Shown here: one piece after another, positions 8,053 to 15,748 of the stretch
Numbering within the stretch: the first letter of the stretch is position 1
Layout of the letters: every line of letters starts with the position of its first letter
NCBI GenBank assembly: GCA_963721745.1
Contig: CAVRKO010000015.1
Location: forward strand, 614,003-638,002
DNA length: 24,000 nucleotides
Direction: 5' to 3'
DNA from: an uncultured Actinomycetota bacterium
GTDB taxonomy: Bacteria > Actinomycetota > Actinomycetes > Propionibacteriales > Actinopolymorphaceae
Made by a program: the position numbers and the translations under genes
The notes under the pieces: model-generated
What the model was told of the DNA's origin: nothing
Databases searched by the model: none
What the model saw: the letters and a program-made list of their open reading frames with translations, nothing else

Positions 8053-9396
8053 CTACGGGGCCTGCCGGGCCGGCAGCTCCTGCTGGGCGTGCGGTTCCTG
8101 CGGGACGTGCGGTTCCTGCGGTACCGCCGAGTCCGACCGGGCGGGCGTCGCATCGTCGGGATCGCGCAGCGACCGGATCCTGGGGGCGAACATCGGCAGT
8201 GCTGAGACCGCGAGGCCGATCGCACCGACCGCCACGCCGACCTGACTGCCGAACGCCTCGCCGACGATGCCCGCAGCCGCGCTGCCGAGGGGAATGGAAC
8301 CGAAGTTCAGGCTGCGGTACGCACCGTTGGTCCGCGCCAACTGGTGCAAGGGGATCACCGTCTGGCGCAGCGTGATCGACAGGACGTTCGCACTGCCGAG
8401 GCCGATGCCGGCGACGAGCTGGAGCGCGGCGAGCCCGTAGGCCAGCGGATCGCCGTGCCACGGCAGAAGCGCCGTGAGGAGCGGCGCGCCACAGGAGAAG
8501 AGCAACGAGGTCGCGAACGCCCGGCCGAAGCCGAGGCGCCGGGCCAGCTGCAGCGCGAGCATCGTACCGACGAACGCGCCGACGCCGCCCGCACTGAGCG
8601 CGAGACCGTACGCGGCAGGACTCGCGGAGCGCTCCTGCACCACCCAGATCACGAGATTGACGACGAGGATCTGCGCCGCGGCGTTGTAGATCGCGGCGTG
8701 GGTGGTCACCGCGCGCAGGTAGATGTTGCCGAGCAGCAGGGTCAGCCCGTCACGGATCCGACCGCGGCCGGCCTGCTCCAGAGGCGGCTCGGGTCGGCGC
8801 GCCGACGCCACCCCCACGATGCTCAGGACGTACCCCAACGCGTCCAAGAAGATCGCCAGAGGCGCTCCGAGAACCTGCACCAGGACGCCTGCGAGACCGG
8901 GACCCGTGACCTGGGCCATCGTCGTCGAACCCTGCATCGCGCGGTTGGCCTCGCCGATCTGGGCCTTGGGGACGAGCGAGGGAACGTACGCGAAGCCCGC
9001 GATCTCGAAGAAGACGCTGCCGACGCCACTGACCGCCGCGACGCCGACCAGCAGGGGCAGTGAGAGCGCACCCAGCAGGTACGCCACCGGGACGACTGTG
9101 AGCACGACCGCGCGGAGGACGTTCGCGGCGATCAGCACCCGCCTCTTGCCGCGGCGCTCGGCCCAGTGGCCGACAAGGAGGGGAAGCACGAGGTACGGCA
9201 GGAAGGTCGCCGTGGCGACCATGCTCACCCCGGCCGGACCCGCGTCCAGGGTGAGTGCCGCCACCAGTGGCAGGGCCAGCGAGGACACCTGCGAGCCGAA
9301 GAAGGACAGCGACTGCCCCGCCCAGTACCAGCGGAAGTCCCGGTCCGTCCGGAGCAGCCCAGGCGACGTCCTTCTAATGGATATTTTGTTGGTCAC
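8053..9396 (-). CDS. MFS transporter
   Basis: 447 aa with a GTG start: FRWYWAGQSLSFFGSQVSSLALPLVAALTL..., about 12 TM segments and a typical MFS_3 layout. The hydrophilic C-terminal tail carries a VPQEPH repeat. Confidence 0.9.
   Translation of the reverse strand: MTNKISIRRTSPGLLRTDRDFRWYWAGQSLSFFGSQVSSLALPLVAALTLDAGPAGVSMVATATFLPYLVLPLLVGHWAERRGKRRVLIAANVLRAVVLTVVPVAYLLGALSLPLLVGVAAVSGVGSVFFEIAGFAYVPSLVPKAQIGEANRAMQGSTTMAQVTGPGLAGVLVQVLGAPLAIFLDALGYVLSIVGVASARRPEPPLEQAGRGRIRDGLTLLLGNIYLRAVTTHAAIYNAAAQILVVNLVIWVVQERSASPAAYGLALSAGGVGAFVGTMLALQLARRLGFGRAFATSLLFSCGAPLLTALLPWHGDPLAYGLAALQLVAGIGLGSANVLSITLRQTVIPLHQLARTNGAYRSLNFGSIPLGSAAAGIVGEAFGSQVGVAVGAIGLAVSALPMFAPRIRSLRDPDDATPARSDSAVPQEPHVPQEPHAQQELPARQAP
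8088..8123. repeat. 18-nt tandem repeat x2 in the MFS 3' end (cgtgcggttcctgcggga / cgtgcggttcctgcggta)
   Basis: Direct reading shows 17/18 identity. On the minus strand it encodes VPQEPH-VPQEPH. Confidence 0.9.
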
Positions 9397-9477
9397 ACGT
9401 TAGATACTCTCATCGAGGGACCTAACGGGACAACTGGGGAATGTGCGTGAGACGTACGAACGTGGAAGACTGGCGAG

Positions 9478-10095
9478 GTGCGGGAAGGCACGGTGACATC
9501 GAAGGAGTCCGACCACGCGGAGTTCTCCCGGGTGGGTGGCCACGTCGCCCTCGACCTGTTGAACACGGTCGACTGGCGCCTCGACCCAGAGCGCAGCATC
9601 GAGCGCCTCAGCGGCATGCCGGCCGTCCTGGCCTGGTGTCGCTCGATGGATCTCACCTCGGGCCGCGAGCACAGCCGGCTCACTGTGGAGCTGAGCCGGC
9701 ACCCGCGCCTGGCGGATCGCGCCCACCACGAGGTCCTCGCTTTCCGCGAGCAGTTCTACGACGCCCTCATGGCACACTCAGCGCAGGCCACGCGGATGGC
9801 CACCGACCGCTATCGCGACTCATTGACACGGGCCAGGCTCCGGCACGGCGACGCCACCTGGGCGTGGCACGACACCGCGCTCACCCTGGCAACCCCTCTC
9901 GACCGGATCGCCCGGGCGGCGCTGGACGTCCTCACCGACCCGCGCCTTGCGCACCTGCGCCAGTGCGAGGACGAGGCATGTGGATGGGTGTACGTCGACA
10001 CGTCTCCCCGACGCAACCGGCGGTGGTGCGTCGCGTCGGACTGCGGGAACCGCAACCGCGCGCGGCGTTTCTACCAACGCCACAAGTCCACCTAG
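9478..10095 (+). CDS. CGNR zinc-finger (ABATE + zf-CGNR) putative regulator
   Basis: The N-terminal part reads HVALDLLNTVDWRL. The C-terminus is CEDEACGWVYVDTSPRRNRRWCVASDCGNRNRARRFYQRHK, the CGNR motif. It is divergent from the MFS gene. GTG 9478 is used, with GTG 9493 after ggaagg as an alternative. Confidence 0.85.
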   Translation: MREGTVTSKESDHAEFSRVGGHVALDLLNTVDWRLDPERSIERLSGMPAVLAWCRSMDLTSGREHSRLTVELSRHPRLADRAHHEVLAFREQFYDALMAHSAQATRMATDRYRDSLTRARLRHGDATWAWHDTALTLATPLDRIARAALDVLTDPRLAHLRQCEDEACGWVYVDTSPRRNRRWCVASDCGNRNRARRFYQRHKST

Positions 10096-10143
10096 GGTCG
10101 CGCGACGCTCGCGTGGTAACGAGTGCCGCGTCGGCGTCTCGCC

Positions 10144-10171
10144 GGGGTGCAGCCGGACCCCTTGTTTTGTT
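10144..10171 (+). terminator. Weak intrinsic-terminator-like hairpin plus T-rich tract
   Basis: ggggt-gcagccgg-acccc (10144-10161) followed by ttgttttgtt, about 50 nt after the CGNR stop. The stem is only 5 bp. Confidence 0.3.
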
Positions 10172-10231
10172 GGGCTTCTGGCACTGCTCGTCAGCCGGAG
10201 CGTTGTCGGTGGTCTGGTCTAGGTTTGGATC

Positions 10232-11554
10232 ATGACGTCGACCACGGGGGTTCCGTCTCAGCATCGCAACGCGGTGTTGGTGCAGCGGGTGCGTGCGGCG
10301 TTGGACGGGATGTCGGGCGTTGGTTCGTGGTCGATGTCTTCGGATGAGCTGGGCGACTATCTGGCTGATCTGCAGGCGTTGATGGCGCAGGTCCAGGCTG
10401 TGTTCTTGTCGGCGGTGCGTGAGGCGGACCGGCGTGAGATCGCGAAGACGGTCGGTGCGGCGAACACCGCGGCGTGGCTGTCCGGCACGCTGCAGATGCG
10501 GCCGGAGGAGGCGGGGCGGGCGGTGAAGTTGGCCCGGGATCTCGATACCGAGCTGCCTTCCACCCGTGAGGCGTTGCAGGCTGGCGAGGTCTCGGCCGAC
10601 CATGCGGAGGTGATCGCCAGGTCGATGCGCAGACTCCCCGCCTGGGTGGGTGTGGAGAAGCGGGTCGAGGCCGAGCATGTGTTGCTCGACAAGGCTCGCA
10701 CCTTCGACCCGAAAGACCTCGCCGGGCTGGGCCGCAAGATCCTCCACACGATCGATGAGGACCGGGCCGACCGAGAACTCGCCAAGCAACTCCAAGCCGA
10801 AGAGGCCAGGGCGGAGCGGGAACGCGAGATCGTCCTGTACGACGACCCGTACTCGGTCTCCACGTTCCTGCGGGGCAAGCTCGACCCGTTGACCAATGAG
10901 ATGTTCCGGGTCGCGTTGGAGCCACTGTGCAAGCCGCGGCCCACGGATGCGAACGGGCCGGACCTGCGTACCCCTGCCCAGCGGATGGGTGACGGTTTCC
11001 ACGAACTGCTGCGCCGGTTCCTCGCCTCCGGTTCCGCACCGTCCCATGGTGGGGAGAAGCCGCAGATCGTCCTCATCATCGACCCCAACAAGGTCCGCGA
11101 TGGCACCGGGACGGGTGAGCTGTTGCACTCCGGTGCCTCAGTTTCGGCGCGGACGGTGCAGGAACTCGCCTGCGACGCGCAGGTCAGCACCTACATCCCA
11201 GTCGGCGCTGGCGCCGATCCAGGTAACGGGACCGGTGGGGCGAGCCTGTCCGACGGAGTGCGGCTCTACACCGGCAAGGTCAGGAAGCTCCTCGAACTCC
11301 GCGACCGCGGCTGCGCCTTCCCCGGCTGCAATCGGCCACCCTCGTGGTGCCAGGCGCATCACATCGTCCCGTGGAGCAAGGGCGGCCCGACCACTCTCGA
11401 GAACGGCGTTCTCCTGTGCGGCTACCACCACAGACACCTCCACCAAGGAACCTGGCAAGCCCGCACCGCGAAGGACGGACACCCCGAGTTCATCCCACCC
11501 GAATGGATCGACAAGCACCGCAACCCACTCCGCAACCACCGCATCAGAACCTGA
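10232..11554 (+). CDS. DUF222 / HNH endonuclease signature protein (REP13E12-like family)
   Basis: 440 aa. The N-terminal DUF222-like region reads LGDYLADLQALMAQVQAVFLSAVREADRREI...TAAWLSGTLQMRPEEAGRAVKLAR...ALQAGEVSADHAEVIA. The C-terminal HNH region is LRDRGCAFPGCNRPPSWCQAHHIVPWSKGGPTTLENGVLLCGYHHRHLH. Confidence 0.9.
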   Translation: MTSTTGVPSQHRNAVLVQRVRAALDGMSGVGSWSMSSDELGDYLADLQALMAQVQAVFLSAVREADRREIAKTVGAANTAAWLSGTLQMRPEEAGRAVKLARDLDTELPSTREALQAGEVSADHAEVIARSMRRLPAWVGVEKRVEAEHVLLDKARTFDPKDLAGLGRKILHTIDEDRADRELAKQLQAEEARAEREREIVLYDDPYSVSTFLRGKLDPLTNEMFRVALEPLCKPRPTDANGPDLRTPAQRMGDGFHELLRRFLASGSAPSHGGEKPQIVLIIDPNKVRDGTGTGELLHSGASVSARTVQELACDAQVSTYIPVGAGADPGNGTGGASLSDGVRLYTGKVRKLLELRDRGCAFPGCNRPPSWCQAHHIVPWSKGGPTTLENGVLLCGYHHRHLHQGTWQARTAKDGHPEFIPPEWIDKHRNPLRNHRIRT

Positions 11555-11947
11555 AGACCCAGAGCCCCGAGAGACACCAGGAAGGGCACACGCGAGAACC
11601 CGCCGACGCACCCCTCGGAAGACACGCGCGCTTTGCAGCCGACCGCCGGCGGGCGAGACCCGCACCTGTGGCGATGTCGCAGCCACGATACGCCGACGAA
11701 GCCGCGACTCCCGCCGGCCACCCCAGCCGCCGGCCACGCCGCTGCGCGCATCCCCACCGCCGCGCCGATCAGTGGCACACCGGCGCCACATACCTCCGCC
11801 TGCCCGACGACCTCCCTGGGAGCACACCGAGCGCCGGGCCTAGGACTCCCGACCCTGGGCTGTCCGGCCGGGAGGCCGATGCCCACCTCCGAACACCGCC
11901 GTAGCCTCCGGTACGTAGGCTCACGCCGGACAACCTCGGAGGATGCA

Positions 11948-12772
11948 GTGACCGTCTGGATCTGTGCGACCTGCGCCGTGGAGCACCCCGACACGCAGAC
12001 GCCGCCGCAGAGCTGCCGGATCTGCACGGACGAACGGCAGTACGTGCTCCCGTCCGGGCAGCGCTGGACAACCCTGGAGGAGCTCCACACCGCCGGGCGG
12101 CGTACGCGCGTGGAGGAGCTGGAACCCGGACTCCACGGCGTCACCGTCGAACCTCAGGTCGGAATCGGGCAACACACCCTGCTCCTACGAACCCCTGCCG
12201 GCAACCTGCTCTGGGATCCCCTCGGCTATGTCGACGACGCCGCAGTCAGCCGGATCAGCGAACTCGGCGGAATCGACCTGATCGCTGCGAGCCACCCGCA
12301 CATGTACGGCGTCCAGGTCGAGTGGAGCCGCGCGTTCGGCAACGCGACCGTCCTGGTCTCGGAGGCCGACAAGGCCCACGTCCAACGACCCGATCCCGCG
12401 ATCAGGTTCTGGTCGGGCACCGAGGAGGTCCTGCCCGGCGTGACGCTCGTCCAGTGTGGCGGCCACTTCAAGGGCAGTGCCGTCGCCCACTGGACCGGCG
12501 CCGCCGACAGCCGCGGCGTCCTGCTCAGCGGCGACACGATCGCGCCGACGCCCGACACCCGTTGGGTGTCGTTCATGCGTAGCTATCCCAACAACATCCC
12601 GCTCTCGGCGGCCGCCGCCGAACGCGTCGTGCGGGCCGTGGAGCCGTACGCGTTCGACCGGATCTACGGCAACTTCGGCAACCGCGTGACCGAGGGCGCC
12701 AACGCGGTCGTACGCCGATCCGCGGACCGGTACATCGCCTGGGTCCGAGGCGACTTCGACGCCGACACCTAG
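11948..12772 (+). CDS. MBL-fold metallo-hydrolase
   Basis: GTG 11948 follows ggagga: VTVWICATCAVEHPDTQTPPQSCRICTDERQYV...LIAASHPHMYGVQVEWSRAFG...VQCGGHFKGSAVAHW. The upstream 105 aa of track ORF 11633..12772 look non-coding. Confidence 0.8.
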   Translation: MTVWICATCAVEHPDTQTPPQSCRICTDERQYVLPSGQRWTTLEELHTAGRRTRVEELEPGLHGVTVEPQVGIGQHTLLLRTPAGNLLWDPLGYVDDAAVSRISELGGIDLIAASHPHMYGVQVEWSRAFGNATVLVSEADKAHVQRPDPAIRFWSGTEEVLPGVTLVQCGGHFKGSAVAHWTGAADSRGVLLSGDTIAPTPDTRWVSFMRSYPNNIPLSAAAAERVVRAVEPYAFDRIYGNFGNRVTEGANAVVRRSADRYIAWVRGDFDADT

Positions 12773-12815
12773 GCACGCTCGCGTCGTCCGCCGCCGTGGA
12801 GCCGCGCCCTAGAGT

Positions 12816-13559
12816 GTGGCCATGCCTCGGTACCAGCGCATCCTCATCAAACTCAGCGGCCAGGCCGTGGCGGGAGGCGAGGGCACCGGCTTCAGCACCG
12901 ACGCACTCGACCATCTTGCCGGCGAGGTCCTCCAGGCCCGTGACCTCGGCACCGAGGTCGCGATCGTGGTCGGCGGCGGGAACGTCTTCCGGGGCAGCTC
13001 CGCCGACGCGTGGGGCATCGACCGGGTGGAAGCGGACAGCATCGGGATGCTCGGCACGGTGATCAACGCCATCCTCTTGCGTGGCAAGCTCACGGCGCTC
13101 AGCGACCACGACATCCGGGTGATGACCGCCATCCCGATCAGCTCCGTCGCCGAGCCCTACATCCGGCTCCGCGCGATGCACCATCTGGCCAAGGGGAAGA
13201 TCGTCATCGTTGCCTGCGGGATCGGCCAGCCGTTCGTGACGACCGACTATCCCGCGGTGCAACGGGCCGCGGAGATCGACGCCGACGCCATCCTGGTCGC
13301 CAAGAACGGCGCGGACGGCGTCTACGACAGCGACCCCAACACCCACCCCGAGGCGCGGCGGTACCGGTCGATCAGCTACGACGACGTGCTGCGGCAAGGT
13401 CTTCGCGTGATGGACCAGGCGGCGTTCATCCTGGCGCGGGACCAGAAGCTCCCGCTGCACGTCTTCGACATCGACCGGACCGGGATCATGGCCGGGATCT
13501 GCCGGGGCGAGGAGCACGGCACGTTCATCGGCGGGGAGGTCACGACGGAGTGGGCGTAG
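12816..13559 (+). CDS. pyrH: UMP kinase (PyrH) family protein, divergent copy outside the canonical tsf-pyrH-frr context
   Basis: YQRILIKLSGQAVAG...VAIVVGGGNVFRG...ADSIGMLGTVINAILLR...AEPYIRLRAMHHLAKGKIVIVACGIGQPFVTTD...DGVYDSDP...VMDQAAFILARDQKLPLHVFD. The start is GTG 12816 or ATG 12822. Confidence 0.85.
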   Translation: MAMPRYQRILIKLSGQAVAGGEGTGFSTDALDHLAGEVLQARDLGTEVAIVVGGGNVFRGSSADAWGIDRVEADSIGMLGTVINAILLRGKLTALSDHDIRVMTAIPISSVAEPYIRLRAMHHLAKGKIVIVACGIGQPFVTTDYPAVQRAAEIDADAILVAKNGADGVYDSDPNTHPEARRYRSISYDDVLRQGLRVMDQAAFILARDQKLPLHVFDIDRTGIMAGICRGEEHGTFIGGEVTTEWA

Positions 13560-14607
13560 CGCCGCTCAGCGCCGGCCCTGCCGACCGCTCACCTGACCGC
13601 TCAGCGGATCGATCAGCAGACCGCTCAGCGATCCGGTAGTCGGCCTCCGTGCCCGCCGCGTCGAGGCGCCGCAGGACGGACTCGTCGAGCCGCAGGTCGA
13701 CGGCGGCGAGCTGCTCGTCGAGCTGCCCCACCGTTCCGGCCGCACTCACCGGGATGATCGGCGGGTCGCTTCGCAGCATCCACGCCAGCACCACCTGGTT
13801 GGCCGTGACGCCCAGCTCGGCGGCAACCTCGCGAAGCGTCGCGAGGCGTGCGGCGTTGCCGGGATGCTCGTACGCGAGTTCGAACGGCCGCCGGTCAGCC
13901 CTCGTGTACCCACCTCGCAACAGCGGCTTGTAGCCGAGCACCGCGAAGTCCGGCTCGGCACGCGCGTAGTCGATCAGCTCCCCGGTGACGACGCTGCCCT
14001 GGGCCTGGTCGAACCGCGGCCAGAGGTAGGTGTGCAGCTGCTGGACACAGGTGTAGCCAGGCACGCCGGCGGCGCGCGCCAACGCCCTGGCCCGCTCGAT
14101 CCTCCACACCGCGGTGTTGCTGCAGCCCAGCACGCCGACCTTGCCCGCGCGCACCAGCTCCCCGAACGCCTCGACGCGTTCCTCCAGTGCGGAGTCGCGC
14201 GGATCCCAGTGCGCGTAGTAGAGATCGATCCGCTCGACGCCCAACCGGCGCAGGCTTTCCTCCACACCGGCACGGATGTCACGCGCGGCCAGGCCGACGA
14301 AGTTCGGCTCGGACGGGTCGTCGGGTACGCGCGTGCGGGCGCCCACCTTGGTGGCGATGACCACCCGGTCTCGAACATTCCGCGAACGCAGCCAGCGCCC
14401 GATGACCTCCTCGCTCTCGCCGCCCGCCCCCGCCCACTGGTTGTAGCAGTCCGCGGTGTCGATGAAGCTGCCGCCGGCGTCCACAAACCTGTCCAGCAAG
14501 GCGAAGGCGTCACGTTCGTCCGTTCCGGTGCCGAACGGGATGGTGCCGAGACACAGCTCGCTGACCTCGATTCGGCCCAGGTCGTCACCCAACGAGATCC
14601 TCTGCAC
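13540..14607 (-). CDS. Aldo/keto reductase
   Basis: GTG 14607 is preceded by gaggagg. The sequence reads VQRISLGDDLGRIEVSELCLGTIPFGTGTDERDAFALLDRFVDAGGSFIDTADCYN...RVVIATKVG...IDLYYAHWDP. The track's longer N-terminus (to 14781) looks non-coding. The C-terminal tail is repeat-encoded and overlaps the pyrH-like 3' end by 20 nt. Confidence 0.85.
   Translation of the reverse strand: MQRISLGDDLGRIEVSELCLGTIPFGTGTDERDAFALLDRFVDAGGSFIDTADCYNQWAGAGGESEEVIGRWLRSRNVRDRVVIATKVGARTRVPDDPSEPNFVGLAARDIRAGVEESLRRLGVERIDLYYAHWDPRDSALEERVEAFGELVRAGKVGVLGCSNTAVWRIERARALARAAGVPGYTCVQQLHTYLWPRFDQAQGSVVTGELIDYARAEPDFAVLGYKPLLRGGYTRADRRPFELAYEHPGNAARLATLREVAAELGVTANQVVLAWMLRSDPPIIPVSAAGTVGQLDEQLAAVDLRLDESVLRRLDAAGTEADYRIAERSADRSAERSGERSAGPALSGATPTPS
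13583..13630. repeat. 12-nt periodic array x4 (gaccgctcacct gaccgctcagcg gatcgatcagca gaccgctcagcg), with a related gccgctcagcg at 13561
   Basis: Direct reading. On the minus strand it encodes the (A/G)(E/D)RS x4 tail of the AKR ORF. Confidence 0.85.
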
Positions 14608-14678
14608 GGAGTCCGCCTCCTCACCTGCCGGCCCACCCCGAACGGGAGGTCCGCTGAACGCGACCGTAGCCCTCGCGC

Positions 14679-14700
14679 CGTTGGACCGACCGGTCCAACG
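14679..14700. promoter_or_regulatory. 22-bp palindrome cgttggaccg-ac-cggtccaacg in the AKR/ArsR divergent intergenic region (operator candidate)
   Basis: The 10-bp arms are perfectly complementary. It lies 72-93 nt from the AKR start and 75-96 nt from the ArsR start. Confidence 0.4.
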
Positions 14701-14740
14701 GGGTGGCGAAGGCCCGGACCAATAGCCAGGTCGCCGATCC

Positions 14741-14775
14741 TTGACACATTCCCATATGGGCATACGATGGCTCCA
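14741..14775 (+). promoter_or_regulatory. Putative sigma-70-type promoter giving a leaderless ArsR transcript, with an embedded palindrome cccatatggg
   Basis: ttgaca (14741-14746), a 16-nt spacer containing cccatatggg (14751-14760), then tacgat (14763-14768). The ATG at 14775 sits 7 nt after the -10 element and no RBS is present. Confidence 0.4.
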
Positions 14776-15164
14776 TGGCACGAGCGGCGACGACGACAGA
14801 TGCGTTCAACGCGGTGGCGGAGCCTCGGCGGCGGCAGATCCTCGACGCCCTCGCCGGCGGAGAGCGGCCGGTGAACGACCTGGTGGAGCTGCTCGGCCTG
14901 GCTCAGCCACAGGTGTCCAAGCACCTGCGGGTGCTCCGCGAGGTGGGAGCGGTCGACGTGCGCGACGAAGGACGGCAGCGGCTCTACCGGCTGAACGGCC
15001 ACGCGCTCAAACCCATTCATGACTGGGTGAAGAAGTACGAGCAGTCGTGGTCGGAGCGGTTCGACCAGCTGGATGTCGTACTGCGAGAACTCAAGCAGGA
15101 GGAGAAAGGACATGTCAGAGATGACAAGCAGCGGCGCGGCGACGGTGACCCTCCCGACGGATGA
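14775..15164 (+). CDS. ArsR/SmtB family transcriptional regulator
   Basis: FNAVAEPRRRQILDALAGGERPVNDLVELLGLAQPQVSKHLRVLREVGAVDVRDEGRQRLYRL is a classic winged HTH. Its 3' end overlaps the next gene by 53 nt. Confidence 0.9.
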   Translation: MARAATTTDAFNAVAEPRRRQILDALAGGERPVNDLVELLGLAQPQVSKHLRVLREVGAVDVRDEGRQRLYRLNGHALKPIHDWVKKYEQSWSERFDQLDVVLRELKQEEKGHVRDDKQRRGDGDPPDG

Positions 15165-15609
15165 GCAGATCCTCATCACCCGGGAGTTCGACGCGCCCAA
15201 GCACCTGGTCTACAAGGCGTGGACCACGCCCGAGCTGGTCAAGCGCTGGTGGAGTGGGAAGCGCGGCGTGGTAACCCTCGCCGAGATCGACCTCCGGGTC
15301 GGCGGGACGTGGCGGTACGTCCTCGTGGCCAACGGAGGCTTCGAGGTGGGCTTCCACGGCGAGTATCGCGAGATCATCCCGAACGAGCGGATCGTCACCA
15401 CCGAGGTCTACGAAGGCGCGCCCTCCGACGACGACAACCCCGTGCTCAACATCATCACGTTCACCGAGGTCGACGGGCGGACGTTCCTCGAGCTGGTCAC
15501 GCAGTGCCCGACGAAGGAGGTCCGGGACCTGATCATCGACTCCGGGATGGAGGTCGGCATGCAGGAGTCGATGGACGCGCTGGAGGAGGTCGCCAAGTCC
15601 CTTCGATGA
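15112..15609 (+). CDS. SRPBCC family protein (Aha1/AHSA1-like)
   Basis: ATG 15112 follows ggaggagaaagga. The sequence is LITREFDAPKHLVYKAWTTPELVKRWWSGKRG...GGTWRYVLVANGGFEVGFHGEYREIIPNERIV. This is the usual partner of ArsR regulators. Confidence 0.9.
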   Translation: MSEMTSSGAATVTLPTDEQILITREFDAPKHLVYKAWTTPELVKRWWSGKRGVVTLAEIDLRVGGTWRYVLVANGGFEVGFHGEYREIIPNERIVTTEVYEGAPSDDDNPVLNIITFTEVDGRTFLELVTQCPTKEVRDLIIDSGMEVGMQESMDALEEVAKSLR

Positions 15610-15748
15610 GCCGTCCGCGACGTCCCACGAAGGGTGCCCGCGCAGGTCGGCGATGGTCCGCGACGCCGGGTCACCACCACGAGATGGTGGCGGCCCGGCG
15701 CACGTTCACGGATACTTGCCGTCCGTTCCGAGAGAAGGCGAGGCGTCC

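Noticed and set aside
6832-8461. Long overlapping ORFs 6832..8205(+), 7293..8225(-) and 7529..8461(-)
   Set aside because: All are extremely Arg/Pro-rich. They overlap the hydrophobic membrane-protein frame and the MFS gene, and those frames have sensible composition and TM periodicity.
10896-11904. Pro/Arg/Thr-rich ORFs 10896..11843(+) and 11344..11904(+) running through the HNH 3' end and its tail
   Set aside because: They are off-frame to the well-supported HNH gene. Their low-complexity composition is explained by the C-rich, T-poor DNA, although a decayed coding remnant in the tail cannot be excluded without BLASTX.
13561-13630. Short tandem repeats here (and at 19648-19673 and 8088-8123) considered as a CRISPR array
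   Set aside because: The units are 11-18 nt and directly abut one another with no spacers. They are far shorter than CRISPR repeats, and no cas genes are present.
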